Of a DNA stretch of 64,000 bases, positions 31,882 to 40,767 are shown in pieces. Source of the DNA: an uncultured Alphaproteobacteria bacterium (GTDB taxonomy: Bacteria; Pseudomonadota; Alphaproteobacteria; Rs-D84). The translations under genes and the position numbers were made by a program. Numbering within the stretch: position 1 is the first letter of the stretch; the number at the start of each line of letters is the position of its first letter. The stretch is from assembly GCA_944389515.1 (NCBI GenBank), contig CALXMQ010000003.1, positions 44,762-108,761 on the forward strand. The letters are read 5' to 3'. The notes under the pieces were generated by a model. That model had not been told where the DNA came from. It made no database searches and worked only from the letters and a program-made list of their open reading frames with translations.

Positions 31882-33846
31882 TTATGCGGCACTGGGGGCG
31901 TTGGGCGATGGCGGTGTCGCAGCATTTTGTGGTGCGGCCGGTGCCATAGGCGCGACCCCAGGCTGGGGCGCCGGTGTGGGCGCAATCGCCGGTTTTGGTG
32001 TTGGCTGAGCCGCCGGTTGTTGGGTTGGTTTTGCACCTGTATCTGTGCGACATTTGAACTGCATATCATACAATGTTTTGTATGCGCCGCATTCGTTTTG
32101 CATCAGTTCTTCGTGGGTGCCGGCTTCGACTATTTCGCCCTGGTTTACAACAACAATCTTGGACGCATTACGAATTGTTGACAATCTGTGCGCGATTACA
32201 AACACTGTTTTATCTTGCATCAGGTTTTCAATCGCACGTTGAACAACGGCCTCGGACTTATTATCCAGGGCGGATGTCGCTTCGTCCAGAATTAAAATCG
32301 GCGCGTTTTTCAAAAATGCACGCGCAATGGCAACACGCTGTTTCTGGCCACCAGACAACAATATGCCGCGTTCGCCGATTTGTGTGTCCAATCCATTTTT
32401 CAGACTGTGTATAAAATCATCTAAACATGCCATTTTTACCGCAGTTTGCAATTCTTCTTCGGTGGCATGTTCATTGCCCAGCATGATATTGTCGCGAATT
32501 GTACCAGCAAACAAGAAATTATCTTGGAACACAACGCCGATATTATTACGCAATGATTTTAATGTATAATCGCGGATATCTGTACCATCAACCAATATTG
32601 CCCCAGATGTCGGATCATAAAATCGTGGTAACAAACTGACCAATGTTGTCTTGCCCCCACCAGAATTACCAACCAATGCGATAATTTGCCCCTGGGACAC
32701 AGTTAAATTGATGTTCTTTAAGATTGGTACCCCTTTGTTATATTCAAATGACAGGTTCTTGAATTCTATGACCCGATGCGTCGCAGGCATTTCCCGTGCA
32801 TTTGGACGATCGGCAATCGCAGGTGCCTTGTCCATAATATCAAATACACGTTCAATCGCCATAAATGACATCAATACAGAGTTATAATTTGACCCCAGGC
32901 TTTTCATCGGGTTATACAACATTATCAATGCCGTTAAAAAGGACACAAATCCACCACTGGTGATATAATTATTCAATACCAGGTATGAACCAAACCATAT
33001 CGCCGCACCAATACCAATCGATAAAATTATATGCATAACAGGGGTCAACCAACGGGTCTTTTGCACCATTTTCATTTGCAATTTGAAAACGCCGTCCAGA
33101 ATCGTTTTGAATTTGTTTTGTTGATATTCGCCCAGGTTATACGATGTAATTGTCTTGTTCCCAGAATATGTTTCATTATATGCGGTCATCATGGTCGAAC
33201 TGGCCATAATATTGCTGTCGAATACAGATTGCAGTTTCTTTTTCAATGTCGTCATCGGCAAAAATGCCACAAATAAAATCGTGACGCAAACCGCCGCCAG
33301 TTGCCATGAATTATAAAACAAAACAAATATCAATGATATCGCAGTAAATAATTTCTGAACAAAGTTTTTTAAGTTTGTCAGCAATCCAGCGCACGCCATA
33401 TCTGCGTTATTGTTAAACATCATCAAAATATCGCCAGAATTTCTGCGGTTAAAGAAATTTGTATCAAAACTGAGCATTTTTTTATACAAATCTAGCTTTA
33501 ACAAATTTGTAATTTTTGCCCCAACCCACGTATTCAGATAATTTGCCGCGTATGTCAATGCACCCTGTAATGACGTAAATAAAACAATAACCAATGGAAT
33601 ATACCATGCCGCCTGTAATGATTTATCAATCATCACCAAATCCATATATGGTTTCAGCGACATGGCGATAACACCTTCGAGTGCCCCAATCGGCATCGCC
33701 AATAATATAGATAATAAACCCTGGAACCAGTATGGTTTTACATACGGCCACATACGTTTATAATTTTTAACTATTGCAGTACGCGCCAGTTTATGGGTGC
33801 TGGCTTTCTGTTTATCATCTTGCTTCATCTTTTTTATCCGCATCAT
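31882..33846 (-). CDS. MsbA/PglK-type lipid-linked glycan flippase ABC exporter with Pro/Ala/Gln tail
   Basis: TM domain, GNSGGGKTT, LSGGQKQR, ILDEATSALD; located inside the glycan operon. Confidence 0.88.
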   Translation of the reverse strand: MMRIKKMKQDDKQKASTHKLARTAIVKNYKRMWPYVKPYWFQGLLSILLAMPIGALEGVIAMSLKPYMDLVMIDKSLQAAWYIPLVIVLFTSLQGALTYAANYLNTWVGAKITNLLKLDLYKKMLSFDTNFFNRRNSGDILMMFNNNADMACAGLLTNLKNFVQKLFTAISLIFVLFYNSWQLAAVCVTILFVAFLPMTTLKKKLQSVFDSNIMASSTMMTAYNETYSGNKTITSYNLGEYQQNKFKTILDGVFKLQMKMVQKTRWLTPVMHIILSIGIGAAIWFGSYLVLNNYITSGGFVSFLTALIMLYNPMKSLGSNYNSVLMSFMAIERVFDIMDKAPAIADRPNAREMPATHRVIEFKNLSFEYNKGVPILKNINLTVSQGQIIALVGNSGGGKTTLVSLLPRFYDPTSGAILVDGTDIRDYTLKSLRNNIGVVFQDNFLFAGTIRDNIMLGNEHATEEELQTAVKMACLDDFIHSLKNGLDTQIGERGILLSGGQKQRVAIARAFLKNAPILILDEATSALDNKSEAVVQRAIENLMQDKTVFVIAHRLSTIRNASKIVVVNQGEIVEAGTHEELMQNECGAYKTLYDMQFKCRTDTGAKPTQQPAAQPTPKPAIAPTPAPQPGVAPMAPAAPQNAATPPSPNAPSAA

Positions 33847-33847
33847 T

Positions 33848-34525
33848 TTACATCAATTCATCATTTGTTGATATGTCTGTGTCGTATGTTTGGGGCATGC
33901 CACCATCCATTAAATTCTGTTTAATCCATATACCTATTTTGCGTTTTGTCTGGGCGCCTAAAACACGTTCAACTGTTATTTCGCGTACTGCCATAAATAT
34001 TTTTCTGGAATCTTTTGGTGGTGTATATGGCTGGGTTGCCAGAAATTGCAAAGACAACGTATCGTCTGACATTACCGATGCCGGAATATTGGCCACAAAA
34101 GGCCCGTCATATCCGACACGCCATACAGCAACCTGGATCCCGTTGGCCAAAACAGTTACCTGTTGATACGTGGCGGTATTCGGGTTAAACACCCCAAACG
34201 CATCAACCGTTACACGTAAATCTGTGCCGGCACCATTTGGAATATACAGGTTCAGCACCGATTCCATATTTAATGCACATCTGTGTTCTGGTTCTTGGCC
34301 GCCCCAACCGTCAGATGTTTTAATATATTCCGCACTGTTGCCATCACGTGCAAAAGATATCGGCGTACCTAAAATATATGGTCGAAATTTGTTCTTGTCA
34401 ACAGTTGTGGTGGCAATATCCGACATCATGGCGTTATTATATTGATGACGATATATCATAAATCCCCCACCAACAACCAATGCCACAGCGACAATCACAA
34501 TTAAAAATATCTTCCATTTTTTCAT
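33848..34525 (-). CDS. Membrane-anchored hypothetical protein (beta-sandwich-like)
   Basis: N-terminal TM anchor; GWGGQEPEHRC...VTVLANG pattern seen in glycan-locus accessory domains; coupled to neighbours. Confidence 0.55.
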   Translation of the reverse strand: MKKWKIFLIVIVAVALVVGGGFMIYRHQYNNAMMSDIATTTVDKNKFRPYILGTPISFARDGNSAEYIKTSDGWGGQEPEHRCALNMESVLNLYIPNGAGTDLRVTVDAFGVFNPNTATYQQVTVLANGIQVAVWRVGYDGPFVANIPASVMSDDTLSLQFLATQPYTPPKDSRKIFMAVREITVERVLGAQTKRKIGIWIKQNLMDGGMPQTYDTDISTNDELM

Positions 34526-37500
34526 GATTTTACCTGTTGTTGTTTTTTAGTTTTATTTCGCATATATTTGCATGCAAATAAATAATACGGAAATAACAAA
34601 TATGCCAGTAAAATATTTCCAAGACGTTCACGGCGTACTTCATAAAACACTTCTGGATATCGGGTCAAAACATTTTGTAATTGTTCATCGTTGTAACATT
34701 TTTCCACAGTATTTGTTTTCCACAGGCATTGGCCATCTTGACTGCCGGGGACAAAATTCAATGCAGAAAAACTGTTATTGATAATGTGTATCTTGGTGTG
34801 ATTTTTTACCGCCATTGCCCAAATCCATATATCATCAGCCATTGGGCACAATTCTAAAAATTCAGATTCATTTAATATATTTTTATCCAGACAATGTGGC
34901 GGATACAATACGCCACCAACACCAGTTAGAAAATTATTATACACCGCAGATTCATTTTTGAACGACATTTTCCATGCGTTATACGGTGCGATTTTTCCTT
35001 TATTAAACACAATTCTGTGTGCACGATGACAATGGATAATATTTGGACATTCTGAATATGCGTCCAGCAACAGTTTTAACCAATTTTCTGTATATAAAAT
35101 ATCATCGTCTGCGGTTACCAAAATCGCATCAGGGAATTCGCGCAATGCAGGAATAATCTTTTGAAAACTGCGTAAAGTTTTATCAATCCAATGAATTTCA
35201 AATGTATCATCCAACAAATCTGTCAAGTTACGTGGCAACGAAGGTCGTTTTTTTGGAAATTCTGCCCTGGACAGATATAAAATTATTTTGTCTGGTTTAA
35301 CAGATTGATTTTTCAATGTCTGGATTGTTTGATATACAGAATCGATACGCGCCGGATATGAAGTCACAGATACAACCACAGGATTAGTAATTTTGCATAA
35401 ACGTTCGCCCTTTAACCGCGCGACATCATAATATTCTTTGACATATGTTGGGCGCAATGATTTATGCATACCAGTAAAACGATTTTCATATTTGCCATAC
35501 TTTTCGTAATGCAGCAACGGATTTACCCCAGCACGCGCAACATCTGGGTTATTATATAAATATAATCCAGTATCAAATTTTGGTGACGGATTATATCCAA
35601 CACGCCAACCGGTATCTAGATAATGTTGCGCAGGATTTATATCCATTTGTGCTACATCCGGATACATACGCAAATACCAGCGCCGATTAAAATATCTGGA
35701 ATGCTTGATATATTCTAAATTTGATGAATAATTTTTCTTGTGTTTGAATAATTTTATAAACAGCTGGTTGGCGCGTACATTGGCGTGTTTACGCCATGTG
35801 GTAAAATTATGAATTTTTGCGATTTTCAATCCATGCCCAGCCACCAACAAACCAAATACAGTTTCTAAACTGTGGGCAACGGTACCAACACTGCCGGTTT
35901 TAGAATCTGCACTAAAATCAGATTCTTTGAACGGATATTGTTGAAATGGCAGCAATAAATCTGAACGCACCGCAAACATTGTTCCACATACAAATGGGCA
36001 AGTTGCAAAATATTTTACCCCCATTTTCTGGCATAATTGTTCCGTATTTTTCGCCTGAGACGTTTTTTCTGTATCACCAATTAAATTACCACTGCCGACC
36101 ATGCCGACGCCTTTGCGTTTAATCAAGCGTGACAAACGTTCAAATTGATGACGCGACCCAATCAATGGATTTATTAAATCGTCATGCCATTGCCAACCAT
36201 TGTATATAATCCCGTTTTTTATCCATGGTGTTGCCCTGGCATTTTTAGTATGCATTTTCAGCACAAATATGTAATCAGCCAAAGACACTTGTTGCAGAAC
36301 CAACCAAAACGGATATATGTCATAACCGCGATTTGGCACATGCAGAATATGAACATCTGGTTTGAACTGTTTCAGTTTATATTCTGTGGATGCGACATGT
36401 TCTGTTACCGTAACATATAAATCATAATCACGGGTTATATTTTTTAATCGATGTAAAAACCAATCCAACTGGTCATGATAAAATAAATGCAAATGAACCA
36501 AGATTTTATTTATTTTATACTCTGTTACTGACGGCTTATAATTATGAAAGACCAATTTGAATTCAGGATGAAAACGCAGGCTGATTTTATCAACAGGATA
36601 ATGACGTATTCCATTTTTCCATAATAAATAATTAAAGCTTAGTTGATCACGTCGTGAATAATTTTTAATAAAATCCCACCATTGTTCACATAATTTTTTT
36701 ATTTTTGCATCATTATGACGTCGTAATAAAACATTTGTTTCGTACAACCCATTATGTTCAGGATATTTATCTGCACGCAATATTTGCATTTGTGTATTTA
36801 TCAAATCAGGATTATCTTTGCCATCAGCGATACATGCCGCAGCTTCATCATAAATACAATCGCGATGTGGATGCAATGATATTGCAATTTTATGATTTGC
36901 ACGAATATGCTTGTTTATCAATTTATATATCGCAGGTCCACTGATTTGAATATTACTGTCCATCCAAACAGAATATTTGTATTCCGGGAATAAAATGTGG
37001 GGATGTGTTTTATGCCATCTGGCATTACGAACATTATCTGCCTTAGAAAACGCCAAAGGTTTAATTTGCCACCATAAAAAACGCTTCTTTTTTAATAACT
37101 TTGCATTATCTGTAAATAAAACATAATCAAAATGTGCATCAGGATAAAAATCAGTTATAATTTCATCATATCCACCAGATATACAAGAATAAATCACACA
37201 ATTTATATTTTTTATTGCATCGTGTTTTGCCCAATATTGTATCGATACATTTTCATCAATATATGAACCCGTGGTATAATTATGTTTATGACCGAATTGT
37301 TCATAATGCAATAATGGGTTTATGTGACAATCTTGATAACGTTTCAAATACCCATTTGTATCAAATTTAGGGCTGGGGTTGCGGCCTTCGCGCCAACCAT
37401 ATTGCATATAATGACGCACAGGATTTATCCCGGCGCGTTTAACGTCGGGATACATATTCAAATACCATTTTTTATCAAAATACTTTGATTTTGATATCGT

Positions 37501-37533
37501 TTTATAATCTTTGTCGCGATGCGATATCGTCAT
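34522..37533 (-). CDS. 1003-aa multidomain glycosyltransferase: repeat + DUF616-like + RgpF-like + repeat + GT-A domain
   Basis: VIYSCISGGYD, WMDSNI, SRRDQLSF (DUF616); VHLHLFY, NRGYDIYPF, KMHTK (RgpF); VSVTSYPARI, TADDDILY, TGVGGVLYPP, ADDIW (GT-A). Confidence 0.82.
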   Translation of the reverse strand: MTISHRDKDYKTISKSKYFDKKWYLNMYPDVKRAGINPVRHYMQYGWREGRNPSPKFDTNGYLKRYQDCHINPLLHYEQFGHKHNYTTGSYIDENVSIQYWAKHDAIKNINCVIYSCISGGYDEIITDFYPDAHFDYVLFTDNAKLLKKKRFLWWQIKPLAFSKADNVRNARWHKTHPHILFPEYKYSVWMDSNIQISGPAIYKLINKHIRANHKIAISLHPHRDCIYDEAAACIADGKDNPDLINTQMQILRADKYPEHNGLYETNVLLRRHNDAKIKKLCEQWWDFIKNYSRRDQLSFNYLLWKNGIRHYPVDKISLRFHPEFKLVFHNYKPSVTEYKINKILVHLHLFYHDQLDWFLHRLKNITRDYDLYVTVTEHVASTEYKLKQFKPDVHILHVPNRGYDIYPFWLVLQQVSLADYIFVLKMHTKNARATPWIKNGIIYNGWQWHDDLINPLIGSRHQFERLSRLIKRKGVGMVGSGNLIGDTEKTSQAKNTEQLCQKMGVKYFATCPFVCGTMFAVRSDLLLPFQQYPFKESDFSADSKTGSVGTVAHSLETVFGLLVAGHGLKIAKIHNFTTWRKHANVRANQLFIKLFKHKKNYSSNLEYIKHSRYFNRRWYLRMYPDVAQMDINPAQHYLDTGWRVGYNPSPKFDTGLYLYNNPDVARAGVNPLLHYEKYGKYENRFTGMHKSLRPTYVKEYYDVARLKGERLCKITNPVVVSVTSYPARIDSVYQTIQTLKNQSVKPDKIILYLSRAEFPKKRPSLPRNLTDLLDDTFEIHWIDKTLRSFQKIIPALREFPDAILVTADDDILYTENWLKLLLDAYSECPNIIHCHRAHRIVFNKGKIAPYNAWKMSFKNESAVYNNFLTGVGGVLYPPHCLDKNILNESEFLELCPMADDIWIWAMAVKNHTKIHIINNSFSALNFVPGSQDGQCLWKTNTVEKCYNDEQLQNVLTRYPEVFYEVRRERLGNILLAYLLFPYYLFACKYMRNKTKKQQQVKS

Positions 37534-37563
37534 TATTTTCCCTTTGATTTACACAAGTGATAC

Positions 37564-37591
37564 AGTATAAAATATATCACCGTAAAATCAA
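37564..37591 (-). promoter_or_regulatory. Fixed sigma70 promoter TTGATT-16-TATACT for the middle glycan operon
   Basis: Hexamers on the minus strand 30 bp upstream of the ATG at 37533. Confidence 0.65.
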
Positions 37592-37605
37592 GTAATTTTA
37601 ACCAC

Positions 37606-37634
37606 AAAACCGGGCAAAAAGCCCGGTTTTTTTT
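37606..37634 (-). terminator. Terminator after tail-fibre gene pair
   Basis: AAAACCGGGC-AAAAA-GCCCGGTTTTTTTT. Confidence 0.75.
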
Positions 37635-37635
37635 A

Positions 37636-37932
37636 TTACTGCTTTGGAAATTGTTGCTTTATCGCCGTTATCGTATCAGACCATGTATTGGTACCATTTA
37701 TTTTATCCCAATATATCATGTCTAACTGGTCCGATATTGGTGGGTACATCGCGACCCGTTGTTCTGTATATGTCATGCTGGGCGCATGGGGTGCGTGACC
37801 CGATACGTACGCAACGCCATTTACGATTTCTATATCTGGTATTTCAACGTCAAATCCAAATTGTTTGGCTATTTTTGGGTTATCGGTGTATGATCCCAAC
37901 TTATAATTTGTAACTTTATTTGTGTAATACAT
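37636..37932 (-). CDS. Phage tail-fibre-associated small protein
   Basis: C-terminal YxEQRxxxYPxIxDQLDMIYWD...GTxxWxxxIxAIKQQFPK motif typical of phage tail-fibre-adjacent proteins. Confidence 0.65.
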   Translation of the reverse strand: MYYTNKVTNYKLGSYTDNPKIAKQFGFDVEIPDIEIVNGVAYVSGHAPHAPSMTYTEQRVAMYPPISDQLDMIYWDKINGTNTWSDTITAIKQQFPKQ

Positions 37933-37934
37933 TG

Positions 37935-38765
37935 TTATGCCCCATGGAATATAAACAGTCTTTGATAATTTATATCTGTCAATTTTGGTACAATCACTTT
38001 GATTTCCAGACCCGCAAAAACAGGTAACAAAATTGTTTCGCGCATGCCGGTTGTCATACGACGATTATATATTGTTTTTGCATATGGGGCTTCGATACTG
38101 ACGTCCGAATTGGCCCCAGGCACAAATACCAATGTCAACAGACCGTGCGCTTCGGGTGTATATGTGTATGTGCCTGCATCTGTGCCCAAGAAATTCAAAC
38201 TGATTAAATCACCATCTATCAGTGACCATCCAATCACAGTGTTGCGACCATCGGCAGTAAAACTGGTCGCATTTTGCAATGCAGATATATCTGTTTTTGT
38301 GCCGATGTTTTCAACACCACCCAATGCGGTCAGTTGTTGACCGATGTTGTCCAGTCGTTGTATAAAAGCATCAAAATCTGGTAAATTTACAATATCTGAA
38401 TACTTGGTTGCAAAATCATCCAATGTACCGGCAAAATCTTTTAATTTTTCAATTACAAAAGAAAAATCTTGGTTTAATGCAACTGTGTCAATCGGGACTG
38501 TCGGTTGATAATCCACAATTCGTGTCAATCCGATATTGCGCGAAATTTTAATTTTTGCACCGGAAACTGGCGCTGTATCAAAAACTATTGTTCCCCCAGA
38601 ATATGGAATATCTGATGGTTCTGGACTGTCTGTGGGTGATAATTGAAACCCAGAATTTATTGTCGTACCGTTCACGTTTACCACAACATCAGATGCGGTA
38701 AAAAACGGAAATGAAAAAACAAAATCCTTGGTTTGTCCATCACCCGTGTATGTTATTGTTGTCAT
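37935..38765 (-). CDS. Short phage tail-fibre protein with T7 gp17-like N-terminal adapter domain
   Basis: TYTGDGQTKDFVFSFPFF...VVVNVNG...IVFDTAPVSGAKIKISR...VDY...ALNQDF; RBS AAAGG before ATG 38765. Confidence 0.75.
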   Translation of the reverse strand: MTTITYTGDGQTKDFVFSFPFFTASDVVVNVNGTTINSGFQLSPTDSPEPSDIPYSGGTIVFDTAPVSGAKIKISRNIGLTRIVDYQPTVPIDTVALNQDFSFVIEKLKDFAGTLDDFATKYSDIVNLPDFDAFIQRLDNIGQQLTALGGVENIGTKTDISALQNATSFTADGRNTVIGWSLIDGDLISLNFLGTDAGTYTYTPEAHGLLTLVFVPGANSDVSIEAPYAKTIYNRRMTTGMRETILLPVFAGLEIKVIVPKLTDINYQRLFIFHGA

Positions 38766-38894
38766 TTTGTTCCTTTCTTTTATCAGATAAAAAAAGTGCG
38801 CCAATCGCGCACAACAAAAAATTCGGGGATGTTTTATCCCCGAATTGTTGGATATAAGTATATCATAAAATCATAAAAAAATCAACATGAATCA

Positions 38895-39905
38895 TTATTT
38901 ATGCGTAAAAATTTTAATCAATGGTATAAAATCAAACAAATACACTTTGTAACATGTCGTTGTTATAATATCATGACGTTGCCGATAAATCGTTACCAAT
39001 GGTATTGATAAAAAAGTCAAACGATAACTTTTTTCATAACGCGGTTTTTCACTGATTGCCAACTTTAACCCAACGCGCATGGCGTTTTGATAAATTTTAT
39101 CCACCAATACCGCAGATGCATACGGATACAAATATTGTATCCCCGGTAAATTAGGCAAAGAATTCTTTTTCAAAAATGGCAAACCACTTTTTAACATTTC
39201 TAGTGGTTTATCATATACACGATGCATTTTATCGCCAACTTCGCCACTGATATACGTAGACATCCGGTACCCATGTTGCAATACGCGTTGTGATAAACCG
39301 ACTTCATATTTCAGTACAATCAACTGCTTATCAACCTGGTGTGTAATTTCGTTCATAAATTCATGTAAAAATGCAGAATTCGCAACACGACGCGATAAAC
39401 CAACAAACCAAGATTGAACCTGGACAGGTGTTGCCTGATTCGCAAAATCAATCATGCCAGTTAAATCCACACCACGTGTTTCTAAGTCAACCAGAATTCC
39501 TTCGATATCAAACAGTGGGCCATATACACTGTCATTTACCAGATAAACCCAATCATATTTATTTAATAAATTATTTTTATCTGCCCATTGATATCCACGT
39601 TTATATGAACCAAAGTCATATTCGCCATGGCGTTCGGCCTTGGCATGTAAAATGTTTGGTATTTCTTTTAACTTGTCCAATTCTGGGTCAGATACCTTGT
39701 TATCCATAAAGAATATAACATCGCCATACCCAGACAGGCATTGCAAATAATGTAACAAGGAATCGTCTATAATTCCTTGGGCATCATAGCCAGCAAATAA
39801 AAATAATCTTTTTGTGTTCATAATTTTGCCTGCTGTACCACCAGATGTTTTATATCGTTTTTGTTGCATGTGTATCCCCTGGTATTTAGTGCAAAACACG
39901 CGCAA
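38895..39905 (-). CDS. Rhamnan synthesis protein F (RgpF)-family glycosyltransferase; true start probably near 39820-39870
   Basis: LFLFAGYD..GIID, GEYDFGSYKRG, LVNDSVYGP, VQSWF, YEVGLSQ, PFLKK. Confidence 0.82.
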   Translation of the reverse strand: MRVFCTKYQGIHMQQKRYKTSGGTAGKIMNTKRLFLFAGYDAQGIIDDSLLHYLQCLSGYGDVIFFMDNKVSDPELDKLKEIPNILHAKAERHGEYDFGSYKRGYQWADKNNLLNKYDWVYLVNDSVYGPLFDIEGILVDLETRGVDLTGMIDFANQATPVQVQSWFVGLSRRVANSAFLHEFMNEITHQVDKQLIVLKYEVGLSQRVLQHGYRMSTYISGEVGDKMHRVYDKPLEMLKSGLPFLKKNSLPNLPGIQYLYPYASAVLVDKIYQNAMRVGLKLAISEKPRYEKSYRLTFLSIPLVTIYRQRHDIITTTCYKVYLFDFIPLIKIFTHK

Positions 39906-39906
39906 T

Positions 39907-40030
39907 CAAACGGTGGTTAGCCAAATAATAAACTGACGGTGGTCAGATTGTCTGCTTGTTTTGAACAACAACATGGTACTGGAAATAAAATTTATATCAA
40001 GTATTTTTCTTGAATTTTAACCACCGTTAG
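39907..40030 (-). promoter_or_regulatory. Putative invertible promoter cassette 2 (sites A', B', C' with GT core; promoter TTGATA-16-TACCAT)
   Basis: A' 39907-39920 CAAACGGTGGTTAG; B' 39933-39946 CTGACGGTGGTCAG; C' 40017-40030 inverted (rc CTAACGGTGGTTAA). The -35 is at 39995-40000 and the -10 at 39973-39978. Homologous to cassette 1. Confidence 0.8.
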
Positions 40031-40039
40031 ATTGAAAAA

Positions 40040-40636
40040 TTACCCGTTTGTGCGCAAAAAACGTGTTATAGTTGCCGCAGAAACGCGAAAGTTGCGTGCA
40101 ATATACATTTTCGTATAACCTTGGTTCAGCATTTTTATAACCGTTTCATATTTGCCATCCATTTTATGTCGTTTATTGCGACTGCCGAATGCACGCCCCA
40201 GTTTATATCCCTGGGCACGTCGCAATGCCAATGCTTCTTTGGTGCGTTGACTGATTAAATCGCGTTCTATTTCCGCAGATAATCCAAACGCAAATGCCAA
40301 AACCTTGCTTTGTATATTATCCCCCAATTCATATCCGTCTTTGACGGTATATACACGCGCCCCGATATTCATACAATGTTCCAAGATTCGCATTATCATG
40401 AACATCTTGCGCCCCAATCGCGACAGTTCGGAACATATCAATACATCGCCCGATTGTAATCTGCGCAGACATGACCCCAATGCGCGTTTGTTGGGCTCTT
40501 TGGTGCCAGACACGCCAGAATCTTGGATATATTTTTCAATTTGAATGCCCAGTGAACGCGCCTTGGCTTCTATGCCCAACTTTTGATTTTCGCAATCTTG
40601 GTGGTCAGTACTGACCCGTATATAGCCATATACCAT
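40040..40636 (-). CDS. Mpi-family serine recombinase (DNA invertase), 198 aa
   Basis: YGYIRVST catalytic Ser; SELSRLGRxxFMIMxIL..CM and DNIQSKVLAFAFGLSAEIERDLISQRTKEAL as in Bacteroides Mpi; C-terminal HTH; RBS AAGGAGG before ATG 40636. Confidence 0.9.
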   Translation of the reverse strand: MVYGYIRVSTDHQDCENQKLGIEAKARSLGIQIEKYIQDSGVSGTKEPNKRALGSCLRRLQSGDVLICSELSRLGRKMFMIMRILEHCMNIGARVYTVKDGYELGDNIQSKVLAFAFGLSAEIERDLISQRTKEALALRRAQGYKLGRAFGSRNKRHKMDGKYETVIKMLNQGYTKMYIARNFRVSAATITRFLRTNG

Positions 40637-40767
40637 TTTATTTACCTCCTTGGTTTTGTATGTGGTTATGGCTGGATTATATGTATTTATGAAAAAAATC
40701 CTGATACATTTAATAAAAATCGCCCCGAATTTTCCAGGGGCGGATGACATGAAAATATGTATACAGT

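Noticed and set aside
37594-37605. AATTTTAACCAC half-site shared with C', upstream of the middle glycan promoter
   Set aside because: Only half a site with no partner, so the promoter is treated as fixed. It could be a relic.
31677-40030. Two three-subsite res sites in direct repeat for excision of the 8 kb segment
   Set aside because: The core dinucleotides differ between cassettes (GA versus GT), which should block religation, and the enzyme looks Mpi-like rather than resolvase-like. Kept only as a minor alternative.
37636-40636. Gin/Cin-type tail-fibre inversion system (invertase near a tail-fibre gene)
   Set aside because: No recombination-like sites flank or interrupt the fibre gene; the sites bracket promoters instead.
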